Source: Marsupella aquatica (Eukaryota; Plantae; Marchantiophyta). From it: DNA of 64,000 nucleotides. Positions 1 to 11,866 of the stretch are shown here, piece by piece (within the stretch, counting starts at the first letter, position 1; every line of letters starts with the position of its first letter). The translations under genes and the position numbers were made by a program. The notes beneath the pieces are model-generated. The model was not told the DNA's origin. It ran no database searches and was given only the letters and a program-made list of their open reading frames with translations. Location of the stretch: contig OZ316898.1 of assembly GCA_973895155.1 (NCBI GenBank), positions 1,463,927 through 1,527,926 of the forward strand, given 5' to 3'.

Positions 1-981
1 ATCTAAAATCCAATCATTTGTGCTAGTGCTAGGGAGGATCTCAGTGAAATTGGCCTCCAAATCTGCACCGGAGTCGTCGTTCTCATCGGCCGGGTCAGCT
101 TCTTCTTCTTCATCATACGGAGCTTCGACTTCATGAAATATTTCAGCTACATTGGCCTGAGGACGAAAACGTCGGAGACTGGCAGCTCGAACTTGAAGTT
201 GCAAGATTTGTTCGTCGACCTTTTTGAGGTCACAGTCAGATTCCCAGTGCCCAGACTTGCCACAATAGTTACAGGAGGTAGGGCGTCGCATGCCGCGTCC
301 ACCGGTTGCACGCGGATAAGAGTTGACCCGAGGAGGATAGCTGACAGCAAGTCTGGGGGTGAAACGGCCTCTTCCACGCCCTGAGGATAGATTTAACCGA
401 GACACAAATAGGGCCTCCTCGGTAGGCTCAGAACGTGACTGAATATTGAGCTTCTAGAGCTCTTCGGCCTGCATACGCTCCAGCAGGCTGTTGTACGAAG
501 GTCGTGGTGTACGGGCAAGGTCAGCGGAGAAGATGGAGACAAAGGTTCCCCAACTCGCAGGTAGTCCACGGAGCACAAGGTGAATGAGCTTGTTGTCATC
601 GACGACAGCATCCATGCTGGCCAGTAGCTTCTCTTCCAGTATCAGTCTGCGTTGATATAGGTCGCCACCGAATCGTTGTTGGAAATGTGCCCAACATTGA
701 GCTGGGTCATCAGAGTACTTATCTACAGTGGGCAAGAACTGAGCTTTCACTGTAGCGGCAAGAATAGAGGTGGCCCTCACTTTCTTCTTTGCGATCTCAC
801 TTTCAGTCAGGTGTGCCCCACCATCTTGAACTTGACCATTGGCATCTGGCTTGACGCCAAAGTTCATTTCCGTGAACAGATCGTCACGCTTCAGGAGATT
901 CTTCACAAAGATGGTCCATGCTAAATGATTGCTGGCTCCTTCCAGCTTATCTACCTCAGTAAACATCTTCATCATATCCAT
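1..981 (-). pseudogene. copia gag-pol 5' region with premature stop
   Basis: MDMMKMFTEVDKLEGASNHLAW... gag N-terminus; in-frame TAG at 454-456; CCHC knuckle at about 225-275; ends ...NDWILD at the window edge. Confidence 0.85.
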
Positions 982-1161
982 GGTCGGATGACAGAGAATG
1001 TCGCAACAGTATTAACCACGAGGAACTTTCACTCAGGACTGTACTGTGACTATTCTAATGCAGGAGTAAGATGCCAAGGAACTTTCGACCTGGGTTACTA
1101 GCCTGTAGCTTGCACTAATTTCTCATCTAGAGAGTGCGTAGAGACTTGCGCTCTGATACCA

Positions 1162-2197
1162 TGTTGAAAGCTAGACTACTGTGATCTGCTCTGCAAATGA
1201 GGAAACAGTAAGAACTAAATAGGGCCAGAAGAAGGAGGCGAAGGCAAGCCAGCACCGGAAGCAGGCCCGAGGTCTAACAACCAGGAGACAGCCGTTAGCA
1301 CAGCACATGTCGTCAGAGGGACAACGGAACACAGCACCAGGTGAGGTAACAACTCTCTGTTAGCACAGCACATGTCGTCAGAGGGACAACGGAACACGGC
1401 ACCAGGTGAGGTAACAACTCTCTGACTCGTAACCAAGTGGAACCTGTGAGAGTACACAAGTTCCAACACAACTCTGCTGGAGAATAATTGGCATGACTGC
1501 CACATGGAATTCAAACCATATCACAAGCGTATATTTTACTTCTCCAGACTGGTTCATTCTTTCTCCAAACGATCAGGTCGATAACTAGAATCAGGAGAGC
1601 CACGTAGATTGCAGAACCTCTCTTTGTTGTTTAGTGTACGGGAAGCGATAGGTTTGATACAAGGAGGTCTAGTAGGTCCACACAGATTTGTTGCTTAGTG
1701 CACATGAATGGGCACCTTTCAAGGGGGGCTTTGGATCTAGCACAAACAATTGTGACTCCACTTCCATTTTGCCTAGGACTTGTAAACTATGTCTCCTATG
1801 CATGACTGGATCACAGGTGGAAATCGCTTTTTGGACATTGATAACTATGACTCGTCTCAAGCCTAGAAGTGCCACGTGCACTTGAGAACGTCCATCTTCG
1901 CAGAGACGGGGATTGATCTCTTCGAATTCGATCAGATTGTCCCTCCTTTATTGGGTCTCTTGCCTCTAGGATCCTGTCTTCTAGTTTGGCGCTTTTGACC
2001 TTTGACAGTGAGATATATACTCCTGGTTTGGAGCTTTTGTTCTTTGGCACTGAAGGATATTCAAAGGATGGAAAAGTGAAAAACTGGAAGCAATGAGATG
2101 GCAGACCATCAACATTCCAGCATGTGTCTTCATCAACCCTGCTGACACATACAGTGAAGCCTTCTTTAAGTACAAACAAGGAGTTGAAATCTCAACA
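1162..2197 (-). repeat. putative 5' LTR (~1 kb) of the left copia element
   Basis: TGTTGA...TCAACA termini adjacent to the PBS; TATATA-like motif near 2014-2019. The partner LTR is outside the window, so the length is unconfirmed. Confidence 0.55.
1294..1424. repeat. 2 x 65-bp tandem repeat inside the LTR
   Basis: gttagcacagcacatgtcgtcagagggacaacggaacac... starts at 1294 and 1359; near identical. Confidence 0.9.
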
Positions 2198-4160
2198 GCT
2201 ATGGACCACGCATGCATGCCAGACTAAACCCTTGGTCTGACATCCGCATGACCAGAATCCGTCAGGCAATTTTGCATAGTTTTTCAAATTAGAATGCTGG
2301 AAACCTAGCAACGGGATACTCATGAGAGCCTTCGCTGTGTCCAACTGCCGTCTGGGTTTAAGACGGTATGGAGTCCATTCGTTTGGACGAAGTTCCTCAA
2401 AGATTCAATCCAGAAAACTTGACATTGTAAAGGCCTTACCACCCTTGAGCAAGCGCTTGCAGCATAAATGTTCATCACGCAGAGGAGATGGTCATGTCAA
2501 CTATCTTCCTTTGGGCCGATTTTTCTCTTGTATACCAGCTGGAAGCGAAATGGTGCCTCGAATGAACGAGCAGAAGAACTGCAACCCATAAAACGAAATT
2601 TCCAACGAAAGTATTGTGACTTTCAAATTTTCTTTGCCAAAGGCTAGCGCACTAATTTAGCCAAGCATCAAGCAAGCCTCCTTACCGGTCGTGAGGGATA
2701 ACATCTGCAATCGGGCCACAGAATAAGAAAGATTTTACTGGACAAAACTTACAGCCTTTCGTGCAACTCCCATCTGTCACAAGCGTAACTGTGTCCATTG
2801 AAGGGAGTTTGACATCGTCCTTGTGCCACTGTGTCCATTTAAGGTAATTTTATCCAGTCAAAGTTTCAAAATTTTTGAGATCTTCCTTGTGCATGGGGTT
2901 CCATTCTCGCTGCTGGACATGCTGCCCAAATGCTTACAAGTTCCATCATGGGACTAGACCGCAAAGCACTAGCTTGGAAAGCAGCACGGTTGGGCCACTG
3001 CAAATTGAGAAACTGAGAGCTTGCTACAAGCACATCCCACAGAGAATTGAGACCACCTTATGTAAGAATTGGACCATACAGAATGCTATCAATTGCGAGT
3101 ACCTGAGCACAACCTTCAATTTTCATTTTATCTTTCCTCAAATAGTTATTTATCTCGATTGCTGGTCTACAGTCGAAACCTAGTTCATTCAATTCCTTCG
3201 TCTATATTGGAAAGATATGTGCTCTATCAATCGACTCTTGATTGTAGTTTAGCCGTCAGCACGTTGGACCGAGAATCTGTCGGTGACGAAGCTTGAGCCT
3301 GCTGGGGCTGTGTTGCCCTAGAGGCTGACGTTGCATCGTCTGCCTCAGTTGTCCCATCTCCTCAAATCTCTATGCCCTCTGAGATCTTCCAAATCCTCCA
3401 TTTTGTGATTAAATTACACACGATGTCTGCATTGGGTTCGACCGGCGGCTACTAACGTAGGATGCATTCATAGATCCTGGAGACAATATGACGGCCCTAA
3501 AACAAAGTCGAAGCTCGATATGACGGCTCTCTACAAAGATGGTACATGCAGCACAAGGTTTTGATTTCTTGCCTCCGTTGCTCATCAGTGAACCACAAGT
3601 AAAATACATTTCTGTTTTCTGGACAGTGAAGGAGTTCAAAAAGACAAATGCGCTATCCTAGGAAACATACCAAATAAGTAGCAAAAACAGGGGAAAACAC
3701 AAGGAACCCAAATAGCCAAAAGCCCAAGAGTCCCAACATTCGAGCCCAACATAAGAGGTGGATCTAAACTCACAAAACCTGCAAGTAGACATGTCACTAG
3801 GCACATAAGGCTGGGATTTGAAAATGGGTTTACAGAAAACTACATAAATCTGCTTGGCAAACCATATGCAGAACTCCTAATCAAGTTGGAGCTTTGTTCC
3901 AAGACTTCGTGGACTGTATTTTGGGGAGAGAGCCTCCTGCATATAATCAATTGGCCAGGGGATGAGATGTGAACAAAGAAGTCCCTTCTTCAAGTTCTCT
4001 AGCACAAGTATCTATAAATCTACAGCATAACATGCATCTGGCAACTTTGTAAAGAACCTTAAAGTCAGAGTAGCAACCAATGTTAAACAACACATGGAAG
4101 CAAAAGGACCCTTAATGTTGTTACCAGACATTCACAGTCCTAACTTAGTGTGAACTCACC

Positions 4161-4730
4161 TCATCCTCGAGGCACATTGATTGCAAGGACGCAATTGGCA
4201 TAGGTAAGTGAAATTGCCCCCATCACCGTTCCTACAGGTTGGGAGTTGATGACTGGGCAAACTCCAGTACCCGGAGTAGAAATTCGCTGTGCAACAGCAT
4301 GAGCTGCGATGGAATAGTGATGGAAAAAGAGGCCCAACAAAGGCAAGGAAGTCGGCGGTCCAATTGCAACAGAAGGGGCTCCGGGGACGAAAGCTGTATC
4401 CTGAAGTGGCTGATAAGCTGTCAAAATGGAATTTGCCTCCAAAATGATAGCCCATTGGTGACCTTCCCAGGGGCAAACTCTAGCACCAGATGGAGGTCCA
4501 GGTCCAACAAAACGTAACAGGGGATCATAGGGCCCTAATGTGATCACATCAGAATCTGGTGTCTCGGCGAGGCAGGAGTCAACGTAAAATCGATGTGCTG
4601 CATCCTCAAGATAGAGCTCTAGGGTGTGAAGCACTGACTGCCCTCTTCCATACACGTGGTAGTCTGCACCTCGCTCTCGCATCCCACGGATGCTCCTGTT
4701 TGACAATCTGGCCCATGACCCATGCATCAT
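4161..4730 (-). CDS. uncharacterised 189-aa ORF, member of a dispersed family (homolog at ~37815-38440)
   Basis: Clear protein similarity to the + strand ORF 37923..38291 (YHVYGxGQSxLHT...AHRFYVxSCLA...LFFHH). No domain recognised. Confidence 0.55.
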   Translation of the reverse strand: MMHGSWARLSNRSIRGMRERGADYHVYGRGQSVLHTLELYLEDAAHRFYVDSCLAETPDSDVITLGPYDPLLRFVGPGPPSGARVCPWEGHQWAIILEANSILTAYQPLQDTAFVPGAPSVAIGPPTSLPLLGLFFHHYSIAAHAVAQRISTPGTGVCPVINSQPVGTVMGAISLTYANCVLAINVPRG

Positions 4731-5643
4731 GGAAAAAATCTAGGGAAAAGTCTGTCCAAAATCCCAACAACAGGTTCCTCAAGAATATTGTCTGCTTAGA
4801 GAACAATGATAACTTTCCTACACAAGACTACTTTTATTTCAGACTGGTTTCTAGGACATATCTCCCTGCCTTATTGTTGATCTCTAGAGCATACTCTTCC
4901 AGATTTTATTTCACTGATTTAAACCCAGGACTATTTTTACTCCTATGCTAAAAATTCTTGACAAAGACTCCTCGCAATTCAAGTTAGGTTTAAGCGTAGA
5001 CCTACAAAACAGGTTGAAGATTGCACAGCAGGTCCCCCCCCAACGGTGAGCCTAAAGAAATTATAAGTGACAGACTTCGAAAGAAACTATAAGTGACAGA
5101 CTTCGAATAAAATTGCAGCTAATACATCGAGAAACAGAGCATTGAATGCCATACACTTTCAAGGGAGCAAGAAACAACGATTGAACTTTGTAGCAAAGGG
5201 GCACAGATTATTACCTATCCAGCACTAGACGGGCCGCTGAACCTCAGCTTTGCTCAGTGACCTCAAACCTCTCGGCAGCCCTCCCAATCGATCCAACCTC
5301 CCACCTCGACGCCAGTCCCGATCGTTGATCCACCCTCGCAACACCTCAACGCCTCCACCAGCACCTAGTACATGATCCTTCCACCTCCAGGGTCCAAAAG
5401 CAAAGGGAATTACCGATGATTGGAGTCAGATCTAGCTCTAGTTTGACAGTACCTGGATTGGAACGCATACTAATAAACAATGAATTGTGCTTCGATCATC
5501 AGCCAGATCACAACCTTTAGACAACGATTTAGAAAGCACAGAGAGAATCAATTTTCTTCCAATCTGTCTATGTCAGATACCCAAGTTGCGAGAGAGATAC
5601 CTGGGTGCACAAAACCACCACTATCTACAAAAGAAGTAAAGAC

Positions 5644-5896
5644 GAGAAAATCACTCCGGCAATGCACACGGTTGTCCAATGATTGCAACGAGTAAAAACG
5701 CTGCCGCATACAATGCTTCCCGTGACACGGAAAGATGAGAAAATCACTCCGGCATAGGACACGGATTTCCAATGACTGCAACGACTAAACGCTGCCGCAT
5801 ACAATCCTTCCCCGTGACACGGAAAGATGGGAAAATCACTCCGGCATAGCACACGGATTTCCAATGACTGCAACGAGTAAAAACACTGCCGCATAC
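5644..5896. repeat. ~2.7 x 92-93-bp tandem repeat
   Basis: Unit start g(a/g)gaaaatcactccggca... at 5644, 5737 and 5829. Confidence 0.9.
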
Positions 5897-6687
5897 ACCA
5901 AAATAACTATCAATAGTCTCTTTTGACCTTAATTTAAGGACCCCAAACCATTGACCCAGATCAGGTCAAGTATCGTCATCCAAGCTGACTTTAAGCTCTC
6001 TCTGACGACAAACTCGAGACAGCTGGAAGGCAGCCCTTACCTCCTCAAACCATCTGCATTGCGGCTCAAAATGCCTGAAAAGCAGAGCACACCAGAACCC
6101 TAGTGCACATGGAGCTCTTCAAGGGTTCGAAGCACTGTCCTTCCTTAGAATTCAGGAGAAAGAAGACTCATAAGTTTATCTAATTTGCAGTTCCAACAAG
6201 ATGCACAGCTTCGATTCGGAGCTGAGAACCTGAAGCTAACTTGAAGAAACTCGTTGCTTTAATTTCACAATGATAGGCAAAGGGGAAGCCATTTATGTCC
6301 AGCAACAACGCAAACGACTGAATCAATAAGCATCCTCCGTCATTCATTTCCTCATTATCTGCCCCAGTTCAATTATTAGCCTGTCATTTAGTTTCTTTAA
6401 GCCGGTCTTCTCTAACACCATGGAAAATCCGACTTGTTGAGCAATGACCTTAACCAGAGCGAACTAGAGCATTGTACGGGTTACGTACACTTTATAATCT
6501 TCAGTGGGATAGAGAAGGCCGAGGAACGTCTAGGCGCACACCGAGCTTTTTGGAAGTATTCAATGAATGCAAAAACCTGAAATTTAGTGCAGAACGCAAA
6601 ATTAACTGAACACGCAGCATAGGACCTCAAAAACAAGTCACAGACGCCGCCGACGTCCCTCCGACGTTCAGAAATAATTATGTGGAC

Positions 6688-9209
6688 CTATTTATTAAGG
6701 ACAGTATCCTTCTCTGTAGGGCTATCTAGTAGCTCATACAGCATAATTCCTGCAGCTACACTAACATTCAAACTATCCACAGCAGACGGCCCTGAGATCA
6801 AGCCTGACTCTGTCCCTCTCCTCCCGGTCTCCTCATCCTCGTCAAGATCCAAGTCGGATTCCTCGAAATCTTGGGCTACGAAATCGTACTTTGGTCGTTC
6901 ATTGCCGGTTGAAACACCAGCAATTGAAACCAGCTGTTCACAAGATCGTTTCACATTGGTTCGTAAACCCTTTCCCTCACTCCCCAGCACTAAGATTGTG
7001 GCTATCCCATGAGGAAGCTGGCGAACAGACACAGACGCAGCCTCTGCTGATGCACCGACAACCCGCCAACCATACTCCTTACATTTATCAAGAAATCTCA
7101 CCATGTTCTTACAGAATAGCACCTCCATGACTTCCATGGCACCTGCACTGGCCTTGCTTACGACTCCGCTGAGAGGGGCAGAATTCTTGGCACACACAAC
7201 AACACCTTCTGCCCCCAGAAAGTACGCAGACCTTAAGATCGCTCCGAAGTTCTGGGGATCTGTCACCTCGTCAAGCGCAACCCACACAGGAGGCTTATTG
7301 TCTTGATATACAGGAGGGTCTAGCGCATCCACTGGAATCAGTTCTAACGGTGACGCATCTAGAATTAAACCTTGGTGGGGCCGATTGTCGACAAGCATGT
7401 TAAGGTCGTGCTTTGAAGCCTCCTTGACGGTCACTCCCATGCCTCTGGCCATTTTCTCGATGGCTGTGACGGCTGCCTTATCCTTTCTCCTTCCATTTCC
7501 TATATTGAGGAGAAGATTTTCCTGCATATATAGAGTGTAGAATGTCCTCCGAGAGATTTGCAGGGCACTAATGATGGGAGCTACCCCATACAGAGCCTGG
7601 CCTTCCACCGGTAAAGGAGGAGAATACTCTCTAGCTTGCCATCGCCGGTCATCTCCAAAACCTGCCCTGTCATTCTGTCCTATGGTGTAGTCTTTGCCCC
7701 AAGAGCTTTCTGGCTTCTTTCCTCTAGTTTGCCAGTCACTTCCACTTCGGCCACTGTATGCCCCACCGTCTCTAGACCTATAGGCTTTGGCAGCAGGCCT
7801 TTGCCACTTATCAGTCTGGTTTCTCTCTGCTCCATAACTGGGTCTTCTCTCAACATCCCTCCGCTCTGTGTCTGCAAACTCCAGATTCCGCGACCTACTA
7901 GTCCTGCCATTTCCATCCCCTTCATATGCATCCGCGTTGCCACGGAAATCTTGTCGCTCCCTGTTCACTCGGGATTTCCACTTTCTCACCCCTGCATCCA
8001 AATTCACGTATGTCAGCACTTAGAATAGTTCTCTAAACTCTGAAGACTAAACCCTGCAACACATCAGATGGTCTAGGGAGTTTGGACAACTAAACCCCAA
8101 ACCCCGCGGTATACATGATCACACGAGAAATTCACCTGAACCATTTTCGCGATTAATGACTGAACCTTAAACCCCTGGGTTGTCCATGCTCAAATTGTAC
8201 CCTCTCGAAAAAATGCTCACATCACAAACGCGAGAAAGTTTGACAACTAAACCCTGATATCTACATGCTCACATCAGAATTCCACCCTGAAGCATTTATC
8301 ACAGTTAAATTTCACGTTTGACATCAAGGTTTATCAGCAATGCATTCAATTTGTATGAGTTCGCTGACTAAACCCTAAAGAGTGAATGCTAACATCAGGA
8401 GTCCGAGAGAATTGGACTGCATAGGGCGTGTCAGCCGATAAAGGAGGCAAAAATCCTCTGGAAGTAAGATGCCATTTTAAAGACAAGCGACATAAAATAC
8501 GGCATCGGTTCCAGCATTTCAAAGGTTCTCCTAAAAACCTTAACACACTGCCGAAATTTCCACTATTACCACATCACTACAGAAGAGGAAAGAGCATCCG
8601 GCAAAAAAGTCCGATAGGTAGACAATAACAGGTTTCCATCTTCATCCAATTTCTCTGTGAAGTTCATTGATCACTCCACACAGTTTGCAGTTTAAACTCA
8701 ATCATGGAGGTTGTTTAAACAGAAATCTTCAGGTCGTTCAGGTCCCAGGAGAGAGGTATGGGAGTCGCCATTTCCATGAATCGCAATTCGCGCCGCTGCT
8801 CAATCATTCCTAAGTGGCCAACCAGTTGGAGTCTCTGGTCACAAACCACGTCTATTTCGCGACATACAAGCTGCTGGCACATCTTACCTGCAGATTTCGA
8901 AGAAGGTGTTACTTCCTTCACCCCGTCCTCGGAGAAGTAAGAATCCGCAGCCTCGTCCCAGCTGGTCTTCTGCCCGCCGCTCCTGGCGAGCGAAGCGTGA
9001 GTGCTCGCAGCTCTCGGCCTGCTCTGGATGGAGGTTTCCAGAAGAGTGGTGAGAGATCTAAACGATCGAATTGTCAAACGACTGCTCTCCGAGCTCCAGA
9101 ACAACAGATTGCTCTTGCTGCTGCAGCTTCTGGGGAGTGAATTAACGGCAATGTTGGGCCCTGAAAGAAAAGAGCGACTGATGCCGAGGGACATCGCAGC
9201 CACCAGCAT
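6688..9209 (-). CDS. SpoU/TrmH-family rRNA 2'-O-methyltransferase (MRM1/RlmB-like), organelle-targeted; exons 9209-8888, 7991-6688
   Basis: SPOUT motifs LDEVTDPQNFGAILRSA, VLGSEGKG and SLNVSVAAGI; substrate-binding HQG motif. A Ser/Arg-rich transit-peptide-like exon 1 joins in frame (SSKSAG|VRKW) through a GT-AG intron at 8887-7992. Confidence 0.88.
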
Positions 9210-10960
9210 CGGATTGCACTACTGTGTACAGCGCCCGAGAACTAATTTCATTTACTCCGTGAGCTCCAAAATCGCTCGCAAGACGATTCTGAGTGCGTGG
9301 GGAATGTGAACAATTTGGTCACAGAAAAACTGCAGCGTTGCTCCTCTGGTTTGGTGGGAACCATAAGCTCCCATGTGGTCCTCGTGCTAAACCTTGTTCT
9401 CCCATAGGGGCTCTGAAGCTCGAATGGGTTTTATGGAAAAGTGCCTTGAACTAGGATGGTATAGATGAATTGGGTGGGGGCTGGGAGAGTTTATGCTTGC
9501 GTTTCATTGGAAGTATACGCTCCAATGCTATTCCCAGGCCAAACCTTTTTCTCCCATACGCTCCACTGGGATTTTTATGGAAATGTGCCTTCAGCTAGGA
9601 TGACATGGATTTCTTGGGTAGAAGCTGGAGAGTTTCTCCTCTTCTTCACAGGAACTATAATCTCCGATAGGATGCCGATGCTAAAGCTTTGGCTCCCATA
9701 GTATTTCTTAACCTCACATAGGATTTTATGGAAACGTGGATTTTACCTAGCAGAATGAATTTAGAGCACAAAATTTCATTGTCACCCAAGGAATATTTTG
9801 GGACCGTTCATTGTAAACTTTCCTCCTTCTCCTTCTTTACATATTGATTTTCATATTTACTAGGGTTACCAATTCTTTTGATATTGATGCCTGGATGCAT
9901 CTAAAGATTTGCTGATAGCCTTGGATGGACTTGGTCAACTGGGATGGACTACATAGAAATGTTGAAAATTTCCTCAAGTAGACTCTTCCCCTAAAGATTG
10001 AAAGACCACTCAATTTGAAATCTAATTGGTGACTGAGGTGTCAGCTTTTGAGCTGGATTTCTCCACAGCCATTCAATGTTTCAAGACCCCTTTTAGGTCA
10101 TGAGAATGGGCAACAAATAAGCTTTTCAACAAAACAATTTTCAATGGGATTCCTTGATCTTTATTTTATATATCCATGCAATAGCCGCATCCTCCTTTCT
10201 CATTCCACTTAAACAGCTGGGCTCCTTTGGTTACCATGTGCCCGGCCAAAGCTAGCCTGTATACACTTCTATATCACGACTGTAAGGTTGTGGGAGATTG
10301 GGATACTGTGAAGTTGTAATGTCAACTATGGGTGCCTATTAGACATTCATTGGACCACTTGAAACTATAATTGCATTTACGTTGCAAATGGATGCAAGTA
10401 GTGTAAACCATCAGATGCAACTCTAGTGTAATCCATCACAATGATACTTCAGGACACCCCAAAGCTACTCACAAGCATACAGCAGCCACTCATGAGTCCC
10501 ACTACTCATGAACAATGGATGCCTCTATGCCCCTCACTACATTATAGATTCTCTGCATCATTTGAGGTTTGAAAGATCAAAGTAACTCCCCAAATTCCAA
10601 GAGTTTTCCAAGATGCTTTTGTGCCCCTCTCTACATTGGAATTCTCTCTCTTGGAATTCTTTCTTTCTCATCATGGTATGTGGAAACTTTATTGTGGCAA
10701 GAAGCCTCCCTAGCCATTGGATCATGGTGACATTTTTTCCAAGAGGCATGCATTGTTTGTGAGTTCCCACTCTTTCTTTCTCTTGGTCTATTTATGAATG
10801 TCATTCTGGGCGAGGAGCCTCCCTAGCCTTTGGATCATGGTGACATTTTTTCAGGGGCCAGAAGCTTCCCTGGCCATTGGATTATGGTGACAGTTTTTCC
10901 TAATCATGAGATGGTCCTAAAGGTATCATTAACTGGGCACTTTTTCCCCACCCAACCTGT

Positions 10961-11092
10961 CACTCTCCTTGTAGCTTGTACACTCCTTGAGAGTGTACGT
11001 GACACCCCTACTTTGCAGTGTTAGACACTCTCCTTGTAGCTTGTACACTCCTTGAGAGTTTACGTGACACCCCTACTTTGCAGTGTTAGACA
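10961..11092. repeat. 2 x 65-bp tandem repeat
   Basis: cactctccttgtagcttgtacactcc... at 10961 and 11026. Confidence 0.9.
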
Positions 11093-11866
11093 GACTTCAC
11101 GCTGTGTCTGACTGCTTTGCTGAACTCACATATGCTGAACATCACTTAGTATTGACAAAGCCTTGTGACGCCCAGGTATTACGCTAGATACACATGATTG
11201 GCTTCTTCACAAAGTGTGCTGCTATTCAGTAGCTTCCATACCTGTGTCATGTCATCATTCTGCCCTGGCAAAATCTAACCGTGAGTATTCGTATCACAGT
11301 TTCTTGCATAATTATACATGATTGGCTACTTACAAAGTCTGCTGCTAGTAAGATTGGAATCCTTCTTTTCACAGATTCTTGTATAATTATACATGATTGC
11401 CTACTTACAAAGTCTGCTGCTAGTGAGATCCTGTCATGTCATCACTCTGCCCTCACAGAATGTAGACCGTGTCATCAGCCCTCACAGAATGTAGACCGTG
11501 ACTATTCCCATTCAAAGTAATCTATCTTATCACAAAGTTTCTTTCTACTCCCTGCTACTTCTCAGGTAGTTTAGAAGAGCTCCAACCCGAAGTCATTCTT
11601 GTGCTTCCTTCAACTCATTGCCTCAGCTGTCTGTGTGCTCGCGCTTCCTTCCATTCACTCCCTCGGCCGTGTGGGTGCACGAATGACAAATCCCTCACCT
11701 CAGCAATCACTTCAAAGAGCCAACCACTTTCTTAAGAGTGATGAACAACATCGTTCATGCTATGTTGTGGGTGGCTTGGAGTCAATCAGGATGGGGTCCA
11801 ACTGCATCAAGAGGTGCTGCCTTTGACGTTGCTTGAAGGAAATAATATCGAGCTCGAGTGTCCCAA

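Larger units (their letters stand above)
1..2197 (-). mobile_element. Ty1/copia LTR retrotransposon, 5' part (LTR, PBS, gag, start of protease); continues off the left edge; decayed
   Basis: PBS TGGTATCAGAGC (tRNA-iMet) on the minus strand at 1150-1161, next to an LTR end TGTTGA at 1162. Gag-like ORF 981..454. The same frame continues past a TAG through a CNYCGKSGHWESDC zinc knuckle to the protease motif DWILD at position 1. The outer LTR end is tentative (TCAACA at 2192-2197, alternatively 2109-2114). Confidence 0.9.

Noticed and set aside
5644-5896. CRISPR or tRNA-like array
   Set aside because: Head-to-tail 92-93-bp units without spacers; no cloverleaf or A/B boxes recognised.
6688-8019. 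Single-exon 443-aa gene starting at 8019
   Set aside because: That start is a GTG inside the intron; the frame joins an ATG-initiated upstream exon (9209-8888).
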